Notes under the pieces: generated by a model
Databases searched by the model: none
Told to the model about the DNA's origin: nothing
What the model saw: only the letters and a program-made list of their open reading frames with translations
In this document: one piece after another, positions 25,247-30,871 of the stretch
Layout of the letters: each line of letters opens with the position of its first letter
Numbering within the stretch: position 1 is the first letter of the stretch
Assembly (NCBI GenBank): GCA_019594235.1
Contig: JAFDTG010000002.1
Location: forward strand, 1-37,138
Source of the DNA: Candidatus Saliniplasma halalkaliphilum
Lineage (GTDB): Archaea; Thermoplasmatota; Thermoplasmata; Halarchaeoplasmatales; Halarchaeoplasmataceae
Direction: 5' to 3'
DNA length: 37,138 nucleotides
Position numbers and translations under genes: made by a program

Positions 25247-25651
25247 TCATTCATAGCTCTGATATAGAAGTATCGTTACAGCTACCGCAGCAAACAGATC
25301 CGGGAGAAACGTGAACGGTCCCAAACCTACTCCGTGCTTGAAGCCCAGTATAAGTGGTATGAAAGGATTGGAGAAAACGGCATATAGTAGAAGAGCAAAG
25401 CTGAAAATTAAAAGGCCGAGTGTGAATCTATTGGGCATCTCCCAGTATATAGACAGGTAGTTCCAGAGCAGAACAGCCAGTAGGATGAGGGTAAAGGAAG
25501 AGACGAACACTTTGATCCCCAGAAAAATTTCGAAATACATACGGTAAGTCCTAGTCGGTACTGAAACGGTCTTCAAAAATAGTAGAGTAAGCAGTACGCT
25601 TATCAATCCACCGATACCTAGTACGAGCATTAACTTTTTTTTCTTGTCCAT
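25247..25651 (-). CDS. Hypothetical 4-TM membrane protein, translationally coupled to the upstream wHTH regulator
   Basis: 134 aa from ATG 25651. AGGTGAT lies 4 nt upstream, inside the end of the regulator gene, and the regulator stop TAA (25653-25655) is 1 nt away. It has four hydrophobic helices. Confidence 0.6.
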   Translation of the reverse strand: MDKKKKLMLVLGIGGLISVLLTLLFLKTVSVPTRTYRMYFEIFLGIKVFVSSFTLILLAVLLWNYLSIYWEMPNRFTLGLLIFSFALLLYAVFSNPFIPLILGFKHGVGLGPFTFLPDLFAAVAVTILLYQSYE

Positions 25652-25652
25652 C

Positions 25653-25946
25653 TTAATCACCTTTCTTAGATTTTTTCATTATCTCATCCAATATATCAAG
25701 GCTGTCTTCCATCTGGTCAGTGAGAAAGTAGGTTTTTCCATACCCCTCTCCCATAGTGGTCAAAACGTGGTTTTCTAATAATAATTCAAGGTGGTGTTTA
25801 ACGGTCTTGTAATCAAGATCTAATTTTTTAGCTATCTGGTTCGCGTTCATCGGTTTTTCTTTCACAGCTTTTATTATACGGAGGCGGTTCTTTCCTCCTC
25901 TGGTACCTGCGATCAACCACCATAGGACCTTTCTCATCTGAACCAT
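25653..25946 (-). CDS. Small winged-helix (ArsR/HTH_24-like) transcriptional regulator
   Basis: 97 aa. LIAGTRGGKNRLRIIKAVKEKPMNANQIAKKLDLDYKTVKHHLELLLENHVL is an HTH signature. A TATA-like atttatt lies about 24 nt upstream of the ATG with no Shine-Dalgarno site, so it is probably leaderless with its own promoter. Confidence 0.75.
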   Translation of the reverse strand: MVQMRKVLWWLIAGTRGGKNRLRIIKAVKEKPMNANQIAKKLDLDYKTVKHHLELLLENHVLTTMGEGYGKTYFLTDQMEDSLDILDEIMKKSKKGD

Positions 25947-26030
25947 TATCTGTTAAATGCATCAAAGGTCAATAAATCTTCTGATAAATTGAGAAAAGGG
26001 TTTAGGAGAGGGGGACATCCTTTAACTGTC

Positions 26031-26429
26031 CTACGGACATTCGCCTCTCTGGTGCATATCACCGCGTCCTTGTTTCATATGTCCTCTGTGTTGTTGCATG
26101 TTTCCGTCTAGTTGGGGAAGTTCAGCCCCATAGTCCTCTACCATATTTCTAACCGTATCTCTGATCTCTTGCTGACTGGACCCGTTCTCTCTCATGGATA
26201 TCACTGTATCTATTATTTCCTGTTTCTGTTCATCTGTCAGATTCAGTCTATCGAGCATCCTTAATTTGGGTTCTTCAGTACATTCTCCATCGGAACGTAT
26301 GGTCTCTGTATCGGAGATACTTCGTTCCATGAAATCACCACTGTTATCGCTGGCCATGGATAGCCCAATCGCCCCTATCAATAATACAGCACCGAGGACG
26401 ACCCCTATCATTCCTATCTTCTTGTTCAT
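26031..26429 (-). CDS. Secreted or membrane-anchored LTxxQ-motif protein (Spy/CpxP/ZraP-like) with a His/Met/Cys-rich C-terminus
   Basis: From ATG 26429 (GGTG Shine-Dalgarno 6 nt upstream) the N-terminus MNKKIGMIGVVLGAVLLIGAIGLSMA is a signal or anchor. LNLTDEQKQEI is encoded at 26226-26240 (LTDEQ). The C-terminus is NMQQHRGHMKQGRGDMHQRGECP, and a GEC motif occurs twice. The track start at 26438 is a GTG. Confidence 0.6.
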   Translation of the reverse strand: MNKKIGMIGVVLGAVLLIGAIGLSMASDNSGDFMERSISDTETIRSDGECTEEPKLRMLDRLNLTDEQKQEIIDTVISMRENGSSQQEIRDTVRNMVEDYGAELPQLDGNMQQHRGHMKQGRGDMHQRGECP

Positions 26430-26460
26430 CTTTGACACCTATGGATATCACTACCATTGA

Positions 26461-26517
26461 TATTTATATTAGTTTGCCGAATCAATTAACCAATTAAACC
26501 CGATTTAGACCCAATTT
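26461..26517 (-). promoter_or_regulatory. Promoter with an upstream 20-nt direct-repeat element (copy 1), in front of the LTxxQ gene
   Basis: The minus strand reads AAATTGGGTCTAAATCGGGT (26498-26517), then 19 nt, then GGCAAA (26473-26478), then cta, then ATATAAATA (26461-26469). The ATG lies 31 nt further on. The 20-mer is identical to 28932-28951 and has the same 19-nt spacing to GGCAAA. Confidence 0.55.
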
Positions 26518-26565
26518 TGCTCTTTTTTTAAGAGCTATAGAAGGTGGTTATAATCGACAGCCTAT

Positions 26566-27096
26566 TCAAATCCTTAAAGCTTTGAACACACTATAAAACA
26601 AGTTGGTCAATATTACCGCCAGAACTATCACTCCTAGGGAGATCAGCAGTGACGAAACGTCCCCAACCGGTTTGGGTTCTACAGATAACTCTTTACTCGC
26701 AGAACTTTCAGGCAGCATCTCGTCATTGTACTTCAAAACAGCGCTTACATTGTGAATACCCGCTTCTGCATCCCACGAGATCTCGTATGTATTCGACTCA
26801 CCAGCTTCCAGGGCGATACCTGATACGTTCCCGATCTCCATGTTATCGACCAAGTAAACCAATGTGAAGTTCTGTACCGGAACTGACCCGTTGTTTCGAA
26901 CAGTGGCGTTGATAGTAATCTCGTCATCTTCCAAAGGCTCATCGTTTGAAAACTCGAGCTTCTCTACTTTGATGTCCGGCCCAAAGGATGGACCTTGCCC
27001 ACCGGACTGACCTTCCACGATGGGGGTGATGAGCAAACTCATAAACAATACAAGAGCGAACAAGAGTCCTAGCTTAGCGGCTCTATCTGGCATCAT
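26566..27096 (-). CDS. CARDB-domain cell-surface protein with signal peptide and C-terminal TM anchor
   Basis: Signal LGLLFALVLFMSLLITPIVEG. A CARDB-like block follows: ITINATVRNNGSVPVQNFTLVYLVDNMEIGNVSGIALEAGESNTYEISWDAEAGIHNVSA. The C-terminal TM is SSLLISLGVIVLAVILTNLFYSVF. There is an ATGA overlap with the ABC-2 permease. Confidence 0.7.
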   Translation of the reverse strand: MMPDRAAKLGLLFALVLFMSLLITPIVEGQSGGQGPSFGPDIKVEKLEFSNDEPLEDDEITINATVRNNGSVPVQNFTLVYLVDNMEIGNVSGIALEAGESNTYEISWDAEAGIHNVSAVLKYNDEMLPESSASKELSVEPKPVGDVSSLLISLGVIVLAVILTNLFYSVFKALRI

Positions 27097-27911
27097 TCTC
27101 CTCTCCTCCTGTTAGCCAAGAAAAGCCCGAGCAGGAATAATATTATCGTATATCCCAGCATCACCATCAGGCCAGTATAGAAATCGGGAGCGAAAGTGGC
27201 CTCGAACCTATCGCCCGGTCCAAAACCAGAGGTCTGGGCTACGCCGAAAAAGTCAGTGATCAAACCCCCGTAGTATGTTATGATGAACCACGGTTCTATC
27301 TCCACCATTTTCATAACCTGTTCCGTAATAGGCATTATCATCATGAGTGAAAAGAAGCCCAATAGGGTGGAGGTTATAGCCCCTTTGAGTATACTGCTGA
27401 AGAAAAAGATAAGGCTCACTGCTCCACACATGTAGAGTATCGAGAACAGATATGATTTGAGAAATTCTGTAGATATTTCGCTCAATCCATACACGTACTG
27501 TATCTCCAAAGCCGTTACCAAATAATATATGGTTAAAACTGAAAGTGTCGAAACTACAGACGCGATGTATTTTCCAACAAAAATACTGTTATGGTCTTGC
27601 GGAGTTGGAAACAATATCAAACCCGTCCTGTTCTCGAATTCTAAAGAGATTATGTCCCCAGCGAAGAGTGCTCCGGAGATGATGATCAAAAGATTAGCGA
27701 AACCTAAGTTGAGTTGTGCGAAATCTCCAGCGGTTTCTGCCAACCCTATATCCCATATAGTTGGGATGAGATAGAATACGGACGCTAATGCTATCGCCAT
27801 AAGAACAGCCATCTGTATCCTGTTCCGTCTGTAATGTTTAAGTAGCTCGAATTTAGTCGATAAAAATGTGTCGTAAATATCGCTCTTCACTTTGTTCATC
27901 ACTTTCGTCAT
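27093..27911 (-). CDS. ABC-2 type transporter permease (NosY/COG1277-like)
   Basis: 272 aa with about 6 TM helices. ATGA overlaps occur on both sides, with the ATPase and the CARDB gene. Confidence 0.7.
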   Translation of the reverse strand: MTKVMNKVKSDIYDTFLSTKFELLKHYRRNRIQMAVLMAIALASVFYLIPTIWDIGLAETAGDFAQLNLGFANLLIIISGALFAGDIISLEFENRTGLILFPTPQDHNSIFVGKYIASVVSTLSVLTIYYLVTALEIQYVYGLSEISTEFLKSYLFSILYMCGAVSLIFFFSSILKGAITSTLLGFFSLMMIMPITEQVMKMVEIEPWFIITYYGGLITDFFGVAQTSGFGPGDRFEATFAPDFYTGLMVMLGYTIILFLLGLFLANRRRGE

Positions 27912-28879
27912 AGGTTTCCCCCCTTCTTATTAACAAGAGATATATAGAAATCTTCAAGGTCTTGCTTTCCACTTGAATATGAGATGACATCGAAACCCTC
28001 TTTGATCATGTTCGATAAAATCTCAGCTTGATTACTTTTGTCTTTGCTGTTGTATATAGTTGCAGTGTTTCCCTCTACCTTTACTTTGTTTATACTATTC
28101 AAGGAACTCAATTTTTTCCTTTCTTCTTTTGACAAGGGATTCAAGAATTCTACGGTTATCTTCTTATGCTGAGAATCACCAGCAAATTTGTCTATATCAT
28201 CGTAGGCCATCACTTCTCCATTGAAGAGGAATATCACTTTATCACATGTTTTACTCACTTCTTCAAGAAGGTGTGAACTCAAAAAGATCGTTATCTCCTT
28301 TTCTTTCAAATTGCGTATGAGCTCCCGCACCTCTTTTATACCCTCTGGATCAAGACCCATCACCGGTTCATCCAGTATCAATATCTCGGGAGAAGGCAGC
28401 AGTGCTAAACCTATGGCCAATCTCCTCCTCATACCCGTACTGAACTCCTCTATCTTTTTATGTTCCCAATCCTTTAGTTTCACAGTTCTTAAAACCTGTT
28501 TTATCTTTTTTTTGATTCTATCTGTACCCATCCGGTAGACCCTCCCATAATGAGTCAGGAGTTCGTGAGGAGTTAGATAGTCATACATCCCCGGTACCTC
28601 GATGAGGGCCCCGACATAACTCAAAGCGTGGGTCGGATCTTTAAACACATCTATTCCGTTGATATAAGCGCTGCCTGAGGTGGGTGATAATAAGTTGGTC
28701 AGTAGTTTGATCGTGGTTGTTTTACCTGCTCCATTGGGTCCTAGATAACCTACAACATCTCCTTTTTTGACTTTAAAAGAGACTCCTTTCAGTGCTGTTA
28801 GGTCTCCATATCTTTTAACAAGGTTTTCAACCTTGATCGCATTTCCATTATCCGATAGCCTATTCATCATTATACCCAT
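27908..28879 (-). CDS. ABC transporter ATP-binding protein (ABC-2 subfamily) with a C-terminal accessory domain
   Basis: Walker A GYLGPNGAGKTTT, signature FSTGMRRRLAIG, Walker B ILILDEPVMGLD and H-loop SSHLLEE. The track start at 28966 adds 29 aa that are unlike ABC N-termini and that contain a promoter-like element. I place the start at M30 (28879), or at M33/M34 (28870/28867). Confidence 0.85.
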   Translation of the reverse strand: MGIMMNRLSDNGNAIKVENLVKRYGDLTALKGVSFKVKKGDVVGYLGPNGAGKTTTIKLLTNLLSPTSGSAYINGIDVFKDPTHALSYVGALIEVPGMYDYLTPHELLTHYGRVYRMGTDRIKKKIKQVLRTVKLKDWEHKKIEEFSTGMRRRLAIGLALLPSPEILILDEPVMGLDPEGIKEVRELIRNLKEKEITIFLSSHLLEEVSKTCDKVIFLFNGEVMAYDDIDKFAGDSQHKKITVEFLNPLSKEERKKLSSLNSINKVKVEGNTATIYNSKDKSNQAEILSNMIKEGFDVISYSSGKQDLEDFYISLVNKKGGNL

Positions 28880-28894
28880 CTTCACCCATCTTAC

Positions 28895-28951
28895 TTTTAA
28901 TATCAATTTGCCAAATTTTAAGGAGAGTTTCACCCGATTTAGACCCAATTT
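28895..28951 (-). promoter_or_regulatory. Promoter with an upstream 20-nt direct-repeat element (copy 2), in front of the ABC-2/CARDB operon
   Basis: The minus strand reads AAATTGGGTCTAAATCGGGT (28932-28951), then 19 nt, then GGCAAA (28907-28912), then ttg, then ATATTAAAA (28895-28903). Candidate ATGs lie 15, 24 and 27 nt further on. Confidence 0.5.
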
Positions 28952-28962
28952 CGATATCCTTT

Positions 28963-29505
28963 TCATCCATCTATTACACCATTAGTTCTTTTCATCATCC
29001 ACTCTATAACAAATCCCATCAATCCAACGAATATTATTGTAAGCGACAACCTTGCCAGCATGAACTCAGGACCTAAAAACTGAAGTTCCACCATCTCCTG
29101 AGGTATCTTGATACACGCCCAGGCCGATAGGAACACTACGATGTTGGATATCCGAGCACCTTTCTTGATCAAAGTAGATGCCATCGGAAACGCGACGTAC
29201 AGGGGTCCAGTGGGTAAAGTACCGAATAAAATCGCTAGAAAAAATCCTTTAGAACCAGAAGCTTTACCGAGATGCTTCACAACTGTTTCTTCAGGTATGT
29301 AAACGGAGAACAGCCCCATCAACACCATCACCGCAGGAAGTATGAATGCCATCTCCGTCAGGTAATCCATAGAAGTGTTAAAAACCGCTCCTCGTCTATC
29401 AGGGTAGATGGAGACCAGGATCAGTGCAACGATGAACATCCCAGCCAATAACATCCAATTCCGGATCATCTTCTTCTTATTTTCCTTCTTTTTCTCCTCC
29501 TTCAC
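28963..29505 (-). CDS. Split permease subunit B2 (COG0701 / PF03773 family), lacking the Fe-S tail of B1
   Basis: Paralogue of 23781-24500 (see that entry). The GTG start overlaps the A2 stop by 4 nt. An alternative ATG at 29469 (MIRNWML...) exists. Confidence 0.7.
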   Translation of the reverse strand: MKEEKKKENKKKMIRNWMLLAGMFIVALILVSIYPDRRGAVFNTSMDYLTEMAFILPAVMVLMGLFSVYIPEETVVKHLGKASGSKGFFLAILFGTLPTGPLYVAFPMASTLIKKGARISNIVVFLSAWACIKIPQEMVELQFLGPEFMLARLSLTIIFVGLMGFVIEWMMKRTNGVIDG

Positions 29506-29984
29506 AGTATCACCCCTATCAATATAGCGATGATGATAGCTATAATGAAACTTAGACCATTTCTTAGAAGAGCAAACTTCTTGCCTAGTATTTTTATCTC
29601 CATGGGCAGGGTGACTATCCCTATCATAGTCAGTGTAGTTATGAAGGCGGCCACGGCCATAACTGTAGCACCGCTTTCAAGCATCGAAGCAGCAAGTGGA
29701 AATGCTATAAGAGCGGGTATATGCAGCACAGCACCCACCGCCCCAACAAGTAAAACACCTAGGATGCCCGACTGCTCACCTACGAATCGTGATATCTCCG
29801 CTGGAGGTACGAACCCCAGCATCAATCCTATTATTATTATGATAATGAGTATCGTCGGTAAAATACCGAATAACGATTTAGCTGCCTTTTTCAACGATTT
29901 AACCGCTTTATCTCTATCCCTATAGAAGCCATAGATCAAGCAGACCAGAGCGAATGCATTGATTAATATGGCTGTGATACTCAT
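29502..29984 (-). CDS. Split permease subunit A2 (COG0701 / PF03773 family)
   Basis: 160 aa, paralogue of A1. There is an ATGA overlap with the upstream cupin gene, and GGTGGA lies upstream of the ATG. Confidence 0.7.
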   Translation of the reverse strand: MSITAILINAFALVCLIYGFYRDRDKAVKSLKKAAKSLFGILPTILIIIIIIGLMLGFVPPAEISRFVGEQSGILGVLLVGAVGAVLHIPALIAFPLAASMLESGATVMAVAAFITTLTMIGIVTLPMEIKILGKKFALLRNGLSFIIAIIIAILIGVIL

Positions 29985-30271
29985 CCGTCCACCTTTTCGA
30001 CCTGTATTCCCAGTAGTTTCACTCCTTTCTCCGTTTTCATCGAATACAAACCGGGTTCAGAGATCAAGCATTCACCTTCTTCCAAAGTCGCTTTATCATC
30101 ATCCACTGTGATCTCAACTTCGCCTTCCAGTACTATAAATATCACGTGTGACGACATATCGCAGGGCGGTATCTTATCACCCTTCGACAGCTGTATGTGT
30201 CTCGCTTTGAACTCGTCTCGTTCGTAGATCAGTTTCTTGCCTTCTATCTCTTTCAAATTATACGTTTCCAT
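29981..30271 (-). CDS. Small cupin-domain protein
   Basis: 96 aa from ATG 30271 (GGAGGTGA 5 nt upstream). The beta-barrel pattern HIQLSKGDKIPPCDMSSHVIFIVLEGEVEITVDD...EGECLISEPG resembles cupin_2. Confidence 0.6.
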   Translation of the reverse strand: METYNLKEIEGKKLIYERDEFKARHIQLSKGDKIPPCDMSSHVIFIVLEGEVEITVDDDKATLEEGECLISEPGLYSMKTEKGVKLLGIQVEKVDG

Positions 30272-30650
30272 CTTTTTCACCTCCAAATTCTTTCTCATAA
30301 AAACTGGTCATCTTCTCCATCATCCTTTTACGCTCCTTGATCATCTCGAGCCAGCTCTTCAGATGTCCCCTCCCCTCTTCGGTTATACGGTAAACTCTTT
30401 TATCCGGGCCGGTGTCACTTTTCTTCCAATCTGACCTAAGTAGTCCTTTCTCCTCCATCCTTCTCAGTGTCGTGTACATCGTTCCAGATTTGATCTTGTG
30501 TCTCCCCTCGCTCAGTTCCTCGATCCTTTTGATGACACCATATCCGTGCATGGGTTTCTCACAGACCACACGCAGTATCAGGAACTGCAGCCATCTACCT
30601 TCTGGGTAACCATGAGGATGTTTACATTTCTGTTTCGATTTTTTACACAT
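30258..30650 (-). CDS. PadR family transcriptional regulator (module 2) with a Cys/His-containing N-terminal extension
   Basis: PMHGYGVIKRIEELSEGRHKIKSGTMYTTLRRMEEKGLL is the PadR signature. From ATG 30650 the N-terminus is MCKKSKQKCKHPHG. The track start at 30668 is a TTG 6 codons upstream. Confidence 0.85.
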   Translation of the reverse strand: MCKKSKQKCKHPHGYPEGRWLQFLILRVVCEKPMHGYGVIKRIEELSEGRHKIKSGTMYTTLRRMEEKGLLRSDWKKSDTGPDKRVYRITEEGRGHLKSWLEMIKERKRMMEKMTSFYEKEFGGEKDGNV

Positions 30651-30871
30651 CGATATACTATGTAACAATGTTAGATATATCGTTTTCCCTAGGATGAAAA
30701 ACTAAGAGACCAAATAATCAGGACGAAATAAACTAAGCTCATCGTAAATAAATCGTTTAATTTTTGAAAACCCATTAAAATCATAGAGAACGATTTGAAC
30801 TTTGATATTTCATATCGAAATTTTAATTAGTCTGTTATAGTATAGTGTTATATTCTTTAGGAGGGTTAAAC

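Noticed and set aside
26593-26607. The pentapeptide TNLFY in the C-terminal TM of the CARDB protein is identical to part of the juxtamembrane motif of the 1285-aa surface protein.
   Set aside because: In the CARDB protein it sits at the cytoplasmic end of the helix, not before it. The rest of the motif (YP.PIY) is absent. A 5-aa match among about 11,000 residues can be chance.
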